Under the pieces are notes generated by a model. That model made no database searches. It had not been told where the DNA came from and saw only the letters and a program-made list of their open reading frames with translations. Shown here in pieces: positions 12,827 through 25,114 of a DNA stretch of 64,000 nt. The translations under genes and the position numbers were made by a program. Source of the stretch: Psammoneis japonica (lineage: Eukaryota); the NCBI GenBank assembly GCA_008632985.1, contig QPGO01000091.1, forward strand, positions 124,001 to 188,000, written 5' to 3'. Every line of letters begins with the position of its first letter. Position 1 is the first letter of the stretch.

Positions 12827-13230
12827 GGTGTGATGTGTGAAAAAGTACCGGCGATGTCGATGCTTGTCAGCCAAGAACCCAACGGTGAGTGATGTGTCTG
12901 TAGAAACGTACGAGGCTTCTACGTGAGTCAGATGATGGGCAGGTGACGTACGCGCGTGAGGGGACGGCCAGACAGTGATATCATCCACAAAAATATTTTA
13001 TACGAAGGTCTACGTACGACTTCGATGTGGAATTTACCGGGTTACTTGGGTATATACCAATGCGTTCCGTAGAAACCGCTGTAGAAATCGGAATTCTTTG
13101 CCGCCAAAATGTCTGTCTGTTTGTCCTAGCCGTTGCGTTCCGAAATTTCCAAAGTCATTTTTGGCCCGTTTCTGTTTGTTGAAGCTGAAGACTGAAGACA
13201 CACAACCACAACGAAGGGCAGCAGGCGACA

Positions 13231-14546
13231 ATGATTTCGGTATTCGATCAATGCTCCGACAGCTGTGGCTGGATAGCAGCCATTATATCAACCTTTGCCT
13301 TTGGTTCGTTTGGTGTCCCTATTAAAACGAGCGTAAAGGTCGAAGTTGATCCGCTTGTGATGCAATCCTACAAAGTCTTTGTCTGTTTCATAACAAGCTT
13401 TCTCGTTATTTTCTTGGGTAAGTGCGTATGTGCAATGCATTGACGTGTTGTTACACATTACGACGAGTGAAAGTGACTCATGGATGATTCACACTATGTT
13501 TTATTGCAGGTGAAGAAGTCCGGTGGACGCCATGGGGAATTGTATCGGGCATGTTTTGGGTACCCGGCGCAGCCTGTGGGATTTACGGTATTCGAAACGC
13601 GGGTCTCGCCATTGCCGTCGGAACATGGTCGTCCATTATTGTCATTTCGAGTTTCTTTTGGGGATTCATCATTTTTCACGAACCCGTCCGTGACTTTTAT
13701 GCAACCGTTTGTGCGTTTGCACTGCTGATTTGTGGTTTGATTGGAATGAGTCAATATGCAAAACCAACAGCACCACCAGCAACAATAAAAGAAATCACGG
13801 ACGATCACGAACAAGTAAAACTAATCAAAGAGGATGAACCCGACGAGGCGGCAATCGCGGCAGCGTCCTTTCGTAAACGCGGAACAAAAGACGAACGCTC
13901 TCTGGATCAGCCAGAGTCGCCACCTCCAGCGCCCAAGGCAAAGATTGTACCCATGGAAATTAGCGAGCCCGCCATTGTCAAGAAAGCAACAATTCCGCCC
14001 AAGGATCGCGTCATTTTTTGTGGTGGCCGCATTGCATTGACTCGTCGACAACTGGGAATCATGGGTGCCGTGATTAATGGAGCGTGGGGAGGAACCTGTC
14101 TGATTCCCATGCACTTTGCGAGTCAACAAGGTTTTGGTGGAGCAGGATATTTGATTAGTTTTGCTTCAGGATCACTCTTTGTGTTGGGATGGATTTGGCT
14201 TGCGATCTATTGTTTTTACTTTTATCAATCCGGAGGGAATTACCAAGAAGCGTACGAGAGTCTTCCCGGATTTCACCTAAAGGAATTGTGGAAACCCGGT
14301 ATTCTTGCGGGATCACTGTTTAGTCTGGGCAACTTTGCCAGTATCATGGCAGTGTCCTTTCTTGGACAAGGTGTGGGCTACAGCTTTTGTCAATGCTCCA
14401 TTTTAGTGAGTGGCTTGTGGGGTATCTTTTACTACAAGGAGATATCGGGAGCAGATCGCATTGCCAAATGGTTTGTATCTGCCATTGTGACTGTAGTGGG
14501 CATTGTTTGGCTAAGTTACGAGCATCAAGGTGGCATGGCACATTAG
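13231..14546 (+). CDS. TMEM144-like drug/metabolite transporter (DMT) superfamily protein; intron 13418-13509
   Basis: FGSFGVPIK, PWGIVSGMFWV, GLAIAVGTW, GQGVGYSFCQ.SILVSGLWGIFYYKEI; about 10 hydrophobic segments; GTAAGT..CAG intron restores frame. Confidence 0.88.
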
Positions 14547-15028
14547 GTTTCATGTTTTGTGTCGCGCTTTCCCGTGAATATCAAATATCTCCGTGTACAA
14601 TGCCAGAATGTCATCTCGCTCGGTTTTGGACGAATCCAGAAGCACGCCCGATCATTTCCGGACGCTGCAAAGCTAATAGCACCGCCCTCAACATAAGTTT
14701 ATTAAATCTCAGTGTGAATTCGAGTACGGATCCGGTTAGTATCCACCTGAACCTGGTGAATCCGCCACAGAAGTTGCCCCGAGCTAATAATATCATTCAT
14801 GTCATTGTGATCTATTAAAATGGGTACTTTCTCCAGTATCGCTCCAACAAGCTATCAATCAATATCGTGATCTCTAATGTGCTTTTACAGTGTATAATGT
14901 TTTTCTCACAATGGTGTTGTGCTATTTCGTGGGTAAATTATATGTGAATCAGTCTTGTGAGTGTGTGTCTCGTGTGTGATTTTTTTTCGTCGCCTACGTG
15001 TGTGTGGCGGCTCTCTGTCCTAAAAAAA

Positions 15029-16234
15029 CTATGGCATCATTCTCTTGTCACCTCGTCCGGCATGACTGGATGCAATTTTGGCATACTCTTCTCCCATACA
15101 CGTCAAAATATCGGACCACAAGTCTTCTGGATTGTCATCTTTGGAAATGGGCGCTCCGGCATAACGTAACAAAAAGTCCGACGACACGGCCGCCGTATAC
15201 CACACCCCCTTTTGAATTTCCTTGGTGAGCTGTCCGGGCACCCACGCGGCGTGTCCCTTGACAAAGAGCGCTCCGTCGGGGGAAAAACTGTTGCGGCGCA
15301 CCTCGTGCATGAGTTCTTCCGAGCCACCGACAAAGACGCCCGGAGCCAGCTTGTGGGCACCCTCGACTTGGCCGTATCCGTGCAAGACGGAATACTCGTC
15401 CGTCTTGACGGGACCGCCGTAGGAAACGCGAGCCGAGTGAAAGGCAAGCTTGAGTGACAAGTCCACGTTGGATTCGGTTTCCGAAGCGATTTTTAACAAA
15501 TTGCCTTGCAAGGGTCTGTATAACATAATAGTACGTAGTGAAACAGAAGGGGTAATTGGTGAGAATACAACAACTTATCAAATACTTGTACGCTTGATAG
15601 AGACTTACCGATTGATAATTATTCCAGTCGCCCCGGTCGTTTCATGATGATCCACAACCAGCACAACCGTCTGATGAAAGACGCCACCCAGTTTTTCATT
15701 GGCAATCAAGACACATCCCGGTTCGACATGAGGAATGGGATGAGCCCATCGATGCTTATCGACCGTCACTTTGGGTTCAATCAAGAGCGGCAATTCCTCC
15801 TTGCTACAAAAGGGATCTTCTGGTTCGGGAACTCCAATGGTATCACCGACAAAGATGGAAGATGACGATGATTCCTTTTCTTTATTATTTTTGGAAGACG
15901 AAAATATAGAAGAAATCGCATCAGCAAACAAATCACCCAACTTGTCTTGATGAGCCAATTCCGAAGAAGAAGAATCGTGTTGATGTTGTTGTTCTTTTTG
16001 TTTTTGATCTTTTTGTTTTTGTTCGGCTTGTTCCAATGCCACGAGCCGAGCACGAAAGACCCTCCAGTCATCGCCCATCATGTCTTCGAGATTCTTTTCA
16101 ACACGAGCCCTGTCACTGTTTTTCGACATGTAGAGTGACGTGGAAGAAGAAGAAGAACATTGCTGTGGAGCAAAGGCAGCCGTCGTGGCACTGCTGCCGA
16201 GCAAGAGGAGGGTTGTTTTCCAACAATGATGCAT
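15029..16234 (-). CDS. UPF0301/AlgH/YqgE (DUF179) family protein, plastid-targeted; intron 15516-15608
   Basis: AAFAP presequence; [65 protein letters not shown]. Confidence 0.9.
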
Positions 16235-17036
16235 GTTTTCGGTTTTACGTAGGATGTGGTACTGTTTCTACAGGATGAGATCTTGCAGAACTTTCTCGCT
16301 AAAAATTCGAATTCGCAATGCAATGAACTTGGAGTTGAGTCTGGCTTTTGAGGAGACGCTGCAAAATACACTTTCAAGTGTACTTTAGGAGATAGATATG
16401 CTTGAGATGCTTCTATCGTTTCAAGAGATGCACTTGTTCTGTGGCACCGTCGTCGAGAATGCTTTTGTGTGCCCTATTTCGCAGAACAACGAGAAACAAA
16501 GTGACATGAATTCGCTACGCAAAACATATACGAGAAAAGTACCTATGTAATTATCTCGTATGTTCCTACGGGAGTTCGAAATTAGAGTTCCGTTCGCGCA
16601 AGTCTGGCCCGCGCTTTTTCTGCATTCTGATTGGCTCGTCAAAGACACGGCCATTCTTCAGAGCATCAGATTGCCAAAACCAATCGGCATTTTCTTTGCG
16701 AGAAAAACAATGAATTGAGATTGAAAATTATCGACGAAATGATGTATTCGACATCGATCGTGCCTTTTGACATTTTGTGGTGGAAACAAAGTTTGATTTG
16801 ATGCTCTTGATTGACGGAACGGAGCGATTCTCATTGTCAATATCCAACCACCTGCTGGGCGTCAAGAAAAGAGTTGAAGAAAAACGGGCGCGACAGAAGG
16901 AATTCGCATACTGCGAACTATAATTTTAATAAGATATTTGGATTTTAATAATAAAGATTAATTGTTCGCGAAACCGTCTGGCCGGCGACTAACATGCGCT
17001 TGCGTCAGCTCGCAACGTTGGCATTTTCTCAACACC

Positions 17037-18284
17037 ATGACGGTCGTTGCCGCGTTTGCCGCTACTAGAAACGCACTACCTCGAGCAGTCATTCGATCTT
17101 CTCCTCATCCACCATGTACGTTTCTTTCATACAAACGAGAAACTCGATTATTTCAACAGCAGCAGCAGTCGCCTTTGGAATTGTTTCAAAATGAGACTTC
17201 ATCGATTCAAGAAGAAACAGAGTATGTTGCTGATTTGATATCGGAAGAGGCGCCCATAGACGGATTTCTAGAAACAAACAAAACAGAGCAAAATAGCTCG
17301 GAAAAAACCAGTAGTACTGTTTCTGATTTATGGGACATGCCTGCCGAATCGATTGCGTGGCTCAATGCGGTTGCCATTGTCTGGGGAACGCAGCACGCAG
17401 TCATCAAGCTTGTAGTGCAAGACAGTGACGCTTCCGCCTTTTCTCTGGCACGATTTGCCTTGGCGGCACTCTTGGCGAGTCCGCATACACCGGGATTGTT
17501 TCGAACACAACAACAAGATTCTACAATATCCGACACGACGGCAACAGCATGGCGGTGGGGTGCCGAAATGGGCATGTGGATGTTTTTGGGATATGCCTTT
17601 CAAGCGGTCGGTTTGGCCTTTACGACGGCACAACGATCTGGATTCTTGCTCTATCTCAATGTCAAGTTTGTTCCCTTTTTGGGACGTCTTTTCTTTGGAA
17701 AGGAAATTAGTATACCCACATGGCTCTCGGCCGCCACGGCATTGGTGGGGACGGGACTCTTACTTGTCGGTAATGGTAGTGATGCGTCATCCCTGGAGGG
17801 TGGTTTGAATGTTGGGGATGCCTGGTCTGTCGCAGCGGCAGCCGCATCTGCCATGTTTATATTGCGGCTCGAGTCCGCGTCCAAGGCGGTTCCGGCGAGT
17901 GCACAATTAAATGCCGCGTGTCTGTGGGTTGTGACTGGATTGGCCTTGGTGTGGTCCATCACTCAGAATGGATTGGATGGTACGCTTGACAATGTGGTGG
18001 ATACAATCACAACCCATCCCTGGGCTCTAGTGTACTTGGGCGGTGTTACCACGGCACTGGCGAATTATATGCAAACCAAGGCCCAAAAGGGCGTTTCGGC
18101 GGAACGAGCCTCTGTGATTTATGCCATGGATCCAGTCTACGGTGCTGTCTTTTCCAATCTCTTGTTGGGAGAAGAACTCCAGGGTTGGGGTATTGTCGGC
18201 GCGGGACTCATTACAGTAGCGGCGGCTACCAATGCCTTTTTGGATTTTGGGACGACAACAAAAGAAAGCGAAAAGGTACAGTAG
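17037..18284 (+). CDS. EamA/DMT family transporter, likely organelle-targeted
   Basis: Single ORF with two EamA repeats (WGTQH.VIK, ARF.LAA, GAEMG.W.FLGY.FQ.VGL..T.A.RSGFL, Q..AQ..VSAERA.VIYAMDPVYGA.FS). Confidence 0.92.
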   Translation: MTVVAAFAATRNALPRAVIRSSPHPPCTFLSYKRETRLFQQQQQSPLELFQNETSSIQEETEYVADLISEEAPIDGFLETNKTEQNSSEKTSSTVSDLWDMPAESIAWLNAVAIVWGTQHAVIKLVVQDSDASAFSLARFALAALLASPHTPGLFRTQQQDSTISDTTATAWRWGAEMGMWMFLGYAFQAVGLAFTTAQRSGFLLYLNVKFVPFLGRLFFGKEISIPTWLSAATALVGTGLLLVGNGSDASSLEGGLNVGDAWSVAAAAASAMFILRLESASKAVPASAQLNAACLWVVTGLALVWSITQNGLDGTLDNVVDTITTHPWALVYLGGVTTALANYMQTKAQKGVSAERASVIYAMDPVYGAVFSNLLLGEELQGWGIVGAGLITVAAATNAFLDFGTTTKESEKVQ

Positions 18285-18319
18285 ACTAGTAGATGGTTGT
18301 ATCGACTCTGTGAAGGACT

Positions 18320-19020
18320 TTGCGCAGCGACTTGTTGCGTGAGAGGGTGTCTTTTGGGAGAAGAATCCAGCTTGGGGTGTTGTGGGTGCAGGACTTGTTG
18401 TTTCGGAAGCCGCTACAAGGCCTTTTTCAATGTCGGTAGAAGCGAAAAGGGATATGCTAGAGGATCGTCTCTGGTATGCATCATGCACATCGAGTTGGGT
18501 GAATAGGTGGTGGAAGCTCTATCTCTTGCTGCGGGCGGAACGCCAGGGTTTGGGTATTGTGCTTGGGTGCAAGACTCATGACAATTGCAGCCACTACCAA
18601 TGCCTTTTTTGGATTTTGGTTCGACAACGACAAACGACGAAAAGATAGACTAGAGGATCGGCATAGGACGACTCTGAAGCACCAAGCTGATCGAGTTGAT
18701 TGGGATGTGAGATCTACTCGTATCCGTTTGGCGACCACGTTGCACCGTTTTCGCCGTTTGCATATGGCGTTCTTCGCACGCTTTTACGGACCGTACCAAA
18801 ACCGAAAAAGAGCACTAGTAGACTACGATCGTCTCTGATGGACCACGCCCACGAGTTGAGTGAGAAGGTGAGAGCTTTATGTATCTCTACTTTTTGTTGG
18901 CGGAAGAACTCCAGGGTTGGGTTGTTGTGCGTACATGAGTTTTGGTATAATCGCGGCCGCTACTACCAATGCCCTTTCTTGGATTTTGGCTTTACAACAA
19001 AGATAGCGAAAAGGGCCTTT
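18320..19020 (+). repeat. Three degenerate copies of the last about 130-160 nt of the EamA gene
   Basis: Copies near 18350-18450, 18520-18675 and 18890-19015 echo 18155-18310 (gaagaactccagggttggg, ctaccaatgcc.ttt..ggattttgg, agcgaaaagg). Confidence 0.8.
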
Positions 19021-19066
19021 TTTACACTAGAGAGTGAGGGTCGTCTGCTAGAGTAGCTAGAGCTAC

Positions 19067-19080
19067 TAGAGGGCCCTCTA
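19067..19080. promoter_or_regulatory. GGGCCC-centred palindrome TAGAGGGCCCTCTA in a CTAG/TAC-rich intergenic patch
   Basis: Perfect 14-bp palindrome; related to TAGGGCCCTA at 34018, 56637 and 58601. Function not established. Confidence 0.3.
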
Positions 19081-19110
19081 CTCTCTACTCTAGAGAGTAG
19101 AGAGGGAGTT

Positions 19111-19361
19111 TCATCGTGGAACCCCACAAATACGCGGGGACCCATAACCCGGAAATGTGTAGAGTTGTACGTGCATGTATGGGGACTCTTTACATAGGTT
19201 TTGTACCAGAGCTATCTCGCGAACTAGGCGTTTTTTCGAAATTTTGTCGTAGAAACTGTACCAGTTTTGCGTGTGTAGGCTACATGTTTCAGTGCCACAT
19301 ACAAAAATGAGAGTAGACCTCTACAGGAGGGTCCCCGCGTGTTTGCGGGGTTCCACGATGA
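19111..19361. mobile_element. MITE family 1 (251 bp, 33-bp TIR, AGTT TSD)
   Basis: TIRs 19111-19143 (tcatcgtggaaccccacaaatacgcggggaccc) and 19329-19361 with 2 mismatches; AGTT at 19107-19110 and 19362-19365. Confidence 0.9.
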
Positions 19362-19753
19362 AGTTGCAGGGAGAGCAGAGGAAGCATCATGCTCTGTCCG
19401 TCGTTGGCCACTGTGTTCCAACCCTGCGACGGTTCTCGTACTTCTTCACGTGCAGTTGGTGAGTCCACTGAAATCTACGATGCCCAAAATGTGGTGCGCA
19501 CACACGCAACACGAGCCGCCGCAGACCGCAGAGCGAGCGGATTGTTGTTGTCATTTCTTGTGTTGCATCAAAACTCCAGCGCGACGCAACAACACCATGG
19601 GTTCTCTCTCTTTGGCTGTCGATTGGCGAAGGCAAGACTTGATTCAACAGTGACTTGAGATGTCAGCTCTCTTGTGCTTGCACTTTTGAGTTGCGTCTTG
19701 CTTGTTTCGGCTTTGTTGACAGCGTGCTGCAGATGTGCTGTCGAATCATCACA

Positions 19754-22285
19754 ATGACCACTTCAACCCCAACGAACGTCTCAGCACCATCCTTGGCTGC
19801 TTCCATGGAAGAAGAAAGAGAGGGAAATGTGGCTGCCGCTCTTGTGACTCCCACCTCCAAGCATTCCGATGCGAGTCATCATCAGTTTGAGGAGAACTGC
19901 AGCTTGGACTCAACGCCGGAGTCATCTCCTGCCGAATCCACTCTGTTCATGAATCTGTTTTCTTTTCTTGGAATTCGTTTTGAATCTGCCGATGCTGCGG
20001 AGCTCTCGATTCTGTTTTCAGAGCTCGGGGGTTGAGGACGCGTTCCAGGTCCAGGTGGGACCTCGCACTGCTGAACTGTGACATCGACAGTTTTTTGAAT
20101 CGCGTCGCATGTCGCGCACATGCATTTCTACGTGATTTTGGCAAAATTTTGCATCATTTTATAGCACAATTGTCAGGCAATCCACTCAACAACTTTTAAC
20201 ATTTTTTCCTTCTATGCCATTCTCGAGTGTCTTAAGAATGGCGCAGGGCAGGCGCATTGTCCAAAACTTTGAGTGCGAACAGAGACACATGTGCTGCAAA
20301 CTTGGCCGTTCATTTCATGTTGAAGACAAATGTGTCCATTGGCCAAAGTACGAACTGCAGAGCTCACACGCAGAATTCTACGGGGCAAATGTCACAAAAA
20401 GTCCCACCTGGGACTGGAACCCATCTGAGATGGTGGATGATCTTGGACTTTTGGAAGAGAAAGATTTCGAGCGTCTCTCATCGATTTCTCCCGTTTCCAT
20501 GCGAAAGCTCCTTCACGTGATTGACTTCATTCGAAACGGTGGGTCAATTGATGGACTCAGCTGCTGTCGGGATCTGGTCAAGTTTGTCAAGGCTGAAAAA
20601 GCACAATCGGCTCGTGTGTCGGACGACAAGAACGGCAAATCGACAAAGGAGCTTGACTCTGTCGTTGCTCTCAACATTGGAGGCAACAAATTTGCCGCTT
20701 CTCATGACACGCTTTCAAGATTTCCAGGGTCGTTTTTGGAGAGTCTAGCTTCTGGACGGCACCTCAACCTGGCCTGCAAAGACAAGGAAGGTGCCTGCTT
20801 TGTTTGTCATGATGGCACGCACTTTCAGCACATCCTCAACTTTCTCCGTGTCGGAACTGCAGCGACTCTCCTGAAAGAAGCCGTGGCCCGAGAGGCTCTT
20901 GTCATTGAAGCTGATTTCCATGGTCTTGATGAGCTTGTCCGAGCAATCACCTTCCCCAAGATTGATGTCGACGATTTCCTCGACAAGGAGACTGTCAAGA
21001 TTCGCAAGGAGGAGGATGTACTTTGTGAGGCCTTTGCAGCTGGATCAGCTGCCAGTTTTGATCGCCACAGGGGTCTCATTCCTCTTTTTTGTCCAGATGA
21101 TGGTCCTCCATCCCTGCCGTTGACCTGTCAACCAGAAAGCCATTCGCGTGAGAAACATTGTTTGCTCATGAAAAATCTGTGCAATGACGAAGCAACGAAC
21201 CTTGCACCAGCAACGGTTGGAGCCATTGGCAAGTTTGAAACCAACTTCAACCGTGAGCATCCAAACATGCTCCACAGGCTGTCGGAGGTCCTTCGTGAGG
21301 AGCCTGTCGTGATTGCTGGTGGAGCAGTGCTTCGTTGTCTCACCTCCAGCACTGGCATTCGCACGGCCAATTGGCGGGGCGAAAAAAGCGACATTGACAT
21401 GTTCCCACACTGCAGCAATGTGGAAGAGGCCAATCGAATTGCGCGACGCGTGCGCATTGACAGTGGACAACGAAAGGTGGGTGATTGTACGAAGTTGTGG
21501 AGTTGTCACCATCCATGACTGGGTGAGAGGCAGGAAAACGCAGACGCTTCAAATCATTCTTTGGCTGCATCAGTCTCCTGCCGAGGTCCTTCTGGGTTTC
21601 GATTGCGACTGTTGCTGCTGCTCACATGACGGAACATCCGCATGGGTGACCCCAAGATGGCTCCATGACATTCAACACGGCGTCAACATCTTGAACCCGC
21701 TCCATGCGTGGCCAAACAAGCCTTCCCATGAGCTGCGCTTGGCCAAGTGTGCTTGTCGTGGTTTTGCTGTTGCTGTTCCAGGACCGGATCAGACGCGCAT
21801 CGACTGCGACCGAATCCACCGCATGGATCTTTGTAAACTCAAGGGCTTGGCCAGGCTGTTGAAAGTGTCGTTTGAAATTGAGCGCTCACGCAGTCGTTCA
21901 TCCAATGGCATTCACAGCATTGATTCTCTAAAAGATGAGCAAGACAGTTGTGCGGAAATCACCGAGCATGCGATCAATGGAAGAACCGGAGGCCATGACG
22001 AGCTCGGCGATGCTGCAGTGATTGTCCCTTCTAATTGTCATGACGATGTCGGTGATGTCTCGGCTTTCTTGTGGTGGAATGATTTAATTTCCTTCCCTCT
22101 TGCTAGAGAATGCCGTGATCAAGTCTGGGAAGAAATTGAGAACACAGAAAACCCTCCGAACGGGGTGCCAGGTCGTCTCTCGGACTCTTGGAACCTCGAG
22201 AAGAAGTCTTGTGAGCATTTGAACGCCATCATGGACAAGTTCGACCTGGACAATTTGCACTGCATGCAGGGGTACAAGAATGATG
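19754..22285 (+). pseudogene. BTB/POZ (KCTD-type) plus putative nucleotidyltransferase-fold gene, copy 1; MITE-interrupted and frameshifted
   Basis: VALNIGGNKF...TLSRFPGSFL...DG.HF..ILNFLR...EADF.GL (BTB), then IAGGAV..SDIDMF, QIIL.L..SPAEVLLGFDCDCC. Highly similar to 25115-27383. Insertion at 20037-20425 and frameshift near 21450. Confidence 0.88.
20037..20425. mobile_element. MITE family 2, copy a (389 bp, about 24-bp TIR GAC...GTC-type, TGAG TSD)
   Basis: TIRs gacgcgttccaggtccaggtggga / tcccacctgggactggaacccatc; TGAG at 20033-20036 and 20426-20429; absent from the paralogous gene at about 25490-25510. Confidence 0.9.
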
Positions 22286-22781
22286 AGCAACGAAAACTTT
22301 GTCATGAGAAGGTTTGGTTGTCATCATGGGTGCGACTCTCTTCATCGAGGTCCAAGGCTTGCATCTCCAGCCGAATGGCTTTCCTCCGACACTGCAATTT
22401 CAACGTTGAAAAATGCACACTGTACCTGGTAGTGCCATTACTTTGTTTTCCAAAATCTTCTTCTTAATGCGTGCCATTGTCACACCAAGAGAATGTCTGA
22501 GCCTGTGATCGTCATATCTCGTTTGCCGTCGAAGAAGCTGCTTGCCGGTTTGTGCGCCGCGCGCACAGTCTTGCAAACTCTGCAAGCAGTGCACAAGTCC
22601 CGCAAGTGTCCCGAAGCAGGCGCGCACGGCCGCCGCGGCGGTGTGCGTTTGCGCGGGTGATGGAAAGCGGTGAAAGGTACGTGAGCCCAAAATACTGTAG
22701 CCAAGATATGGAGAATAGTAACAGTGGAGCATATCAGCCAGCTGCATCAATTGATACAACAGATACTCTGCTTGAGACGCA

Positions 22782-23318
22782 ATGAACTTGCCACGGGTCG
22801 GTTTTATGATTTGTATAGCAAGGCTTTGTAGGCGCTCACATGGTTTTTCTGCCCCGTCGATGCAATCAAAGAGAGTGGATCTCTCGCTGGTTCTTTCTCG
22901 GGGTACCGATGCTTTTGCGACTGCTTCTGCGCACAACAATCCAGTGTGGGTGCCTCCCGATAATTGTGGACTTGTTCAAAGAGGAAAGCATTCGTTAGTC
23001 TGCATGGCAGCTGCTCCAAAGCGAGGAAGCATTGTCGATACCTATCAGACGGTCAGTGTCAATTGCAAAAAGTGCCAGACGAGGCTTTTTCGATACAAGA
23101 AGAAAAATGGAACAAAGTCCAATCTAGTCAAGTGTTACATGGAACGAATCAGCGAGGATTCTGTCGGTCTATTGGAGAAGTATGAAGAAAGCGATGACAA
23201 GAATGCCTTTGAATGGAAGTGCCCAAACTGCGAAACCAAATTTGCCAGATCAGCTGTGATTCGTGGCCTACCTGCCCTCAAGTTGGTTGGAGGCAAAATA
23301 CGAATGACGAAGAAATAG
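22782..23318 (+). CDS. Hypothetical protein with two CxxC pairs (zinc-ribbon-like), probable organellar presequence
   Basis: VNCKKCQTRLFRYKKKNGTKSNLVKCY.ERI...CPNCETKFAR...IRGLPALKLVGGK; normal codon composition; start uncertain. Confidence 0.75.
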   Translation: MNLPRVGFMICIARLCRRSHGFSAPSMQSKRVDLSLVLSRGTDAFATASAHNNPVWVPPDNCGLVQRGKHSLVCMAAAPKRGSIVDTYQTVSVNCKKCQTRLFRYKKKNGTKSNLVKCYMERISEDSVGLLEKYEESDDKNAFEWKCPNCETKFARSAVIRGLPALKLVGGKIRMTKK

Positions 23319-23433
23319 AGATAGGAGATAGTCCATTCTCTTGACAAAACGATGTTTGGTACCGCTTTGCTTTTGTCGGAAGAAGGGCGAATCCGTAGCT
23401 ACAACAACGCCAGAGATTCAGATGTTCCATGTC

Positions 23434-23781
23434 TTAAGCGAAAAATGAGTTTAGTTTGCTTTGAATACGTGAACATATGCTGTCAAGTGCACCAACAGCC
23501 ACCACCGTCCCGTCAGCAAATATGGCAATGGAACACTTACTTACGGGGTGTACAGGAGCTCCTATGGCAAGAGCATCTCCGTCGAATGCCAAGGAGACGC
23601 CGAGGAGCGAGGAGCATGCTACTAGCGTCTCCCTGCCTCTAGGGCCATACGTCACTGCGCCGCGTTGAATCCAGACATCCGCGGCGGCATTATACTGATA
23701 CACTTGAACGTTACCAGCTCCTTCTACCCCGGCATCATTTTGATATGCTTCAACCGCATTGATGCATAGACCCGTCCCCAT
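23434..23781 (-). pseudogene. Fragment of an FG-GAP/integrin-alpha-like beta-propeller repeat gene
   Basis: AYQND...AGNVQVYQY....WIQRG, GVSLAFDGDALAIGAP, DGTVVAVGA resemble such repeats, but the piece is short and incomplete. Confidence 0.55.
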
Positions 23782-25114
23782 TTTTTGACAAACCTCCCAA
23801 ACCGATCGTCCTCAACATCGTGTCGCTGACTCGCGATAGTATGAACCATTCGAAGACAACCGCTCGGATTGAAGAGGGTGGTATGCTTATTTCAGAGGTG
23901 CTCATCGGTGAAAATCCACTTCTTCCCTGTGATGAACGTGCCGAGGCTCGCTGCTGTACATCGCAGCTTCATTCTTGGACTAGGGTACACTAGAGCTTTA
24001 GCATTCTTTCCTTAGGCTTTCCTACTTTTGAATTCATCATCTTGAATAAAGGCGCGGGCAAATCGAATGAGACATGACAAAAGGCATGTTACATGTTATT
24101 TTTTGCATAATATGGAGTGGGCGACGAATCGAGATCGTCACAGCCAGGCGGCAGAATGTTTTGGAAAGTCCACCGAAATGAGCTACGACAAGCATTGTTA
24201 CAATTGGATTGTCAGACGCGAGTACTTCCTAGTTTGTTTGTGAGCACAACAGCTCTTGCTCCCGTAACCTCTGTCGGTTTCATGATTTGATTTCACAGGT
24301 TCTCGAACGCACTAAAAAAGCTTCAGGCGCACAGACCAACCACCATTTGTGTGCCTCAAACATTGCCAATCATGAACATTGAATCCTGCTTGCTTGACAC
24401 AGAATGTCATCTCAAGACACTGCTGTTGATGAACTCAAAGTTGTTGCCAGTAGGGCCTAAACGGAGCCTCGACGGGGACGATGGAGCAGTTCGTTCGGCA
24501 TTGTTGCACGAATCGCGTGCGACATTCCCTGCACAGTTTCTACGTACGAGGGAATCCGTTTGTACAGTACGAAAAGCGTGGAAGAGCAAAACTGCGCTCC
24601 ATCACTTGCTTGTCTCTGCGCTTCCTTCAGCGGCATGCCACAGTCTAGAGAGAGAGGAGCAGTGTTGTGTGTTGTTGCTGTCTGCTGCTGCTGCTGCTGC
24701 TGAAACCAACCCATCATCATCGAAACAAATCAAGCCACATCTTCCAAAGATCCTGACAGAAATTGAAGACAAACGGCAAGAATTCAAACAACAACTCCTC
24801 ACTGCTGTCTAAATGGCAGATGAGTCTCCGCTCAGAGACCGTTGCAGGAGCCGAAAGACGTGCAAGTCGGCACAATCGGGCTGCTGTTGTTGTTCTTGTG
24901 AGCCTTGTGGCTCGAAAGCAAACTACATCACGCGCGAACGCGCGGAACTAAAGCACACAAAACTGTGCGCGGTGAACCAAACAGCGCGCGACATTTCGCG
25001 CGCACCCAAATCCTGTTCAAATCCTGTCAGATCCAAACTTTCAAAAGCGAGCCTTGTTGCAAATGCCATTTGAGCAGTTTGATTGAATGTGTTCTGACGC
25101 GTGATTTGCTCACC

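Noticed and set aside
18320..19020. Spaced repeats as a possible CRISPR-like array
   Set aside because: Units are long, irregular and derived from the adjacent gene end; eukaryotic context and no cas genes.
24351..24812. 153-aa ORF upstream of BTB copy 2
   Set aside because: No recognisable family, Tyr-free and partly depleted; may be a decayed gene but cannot be supported.
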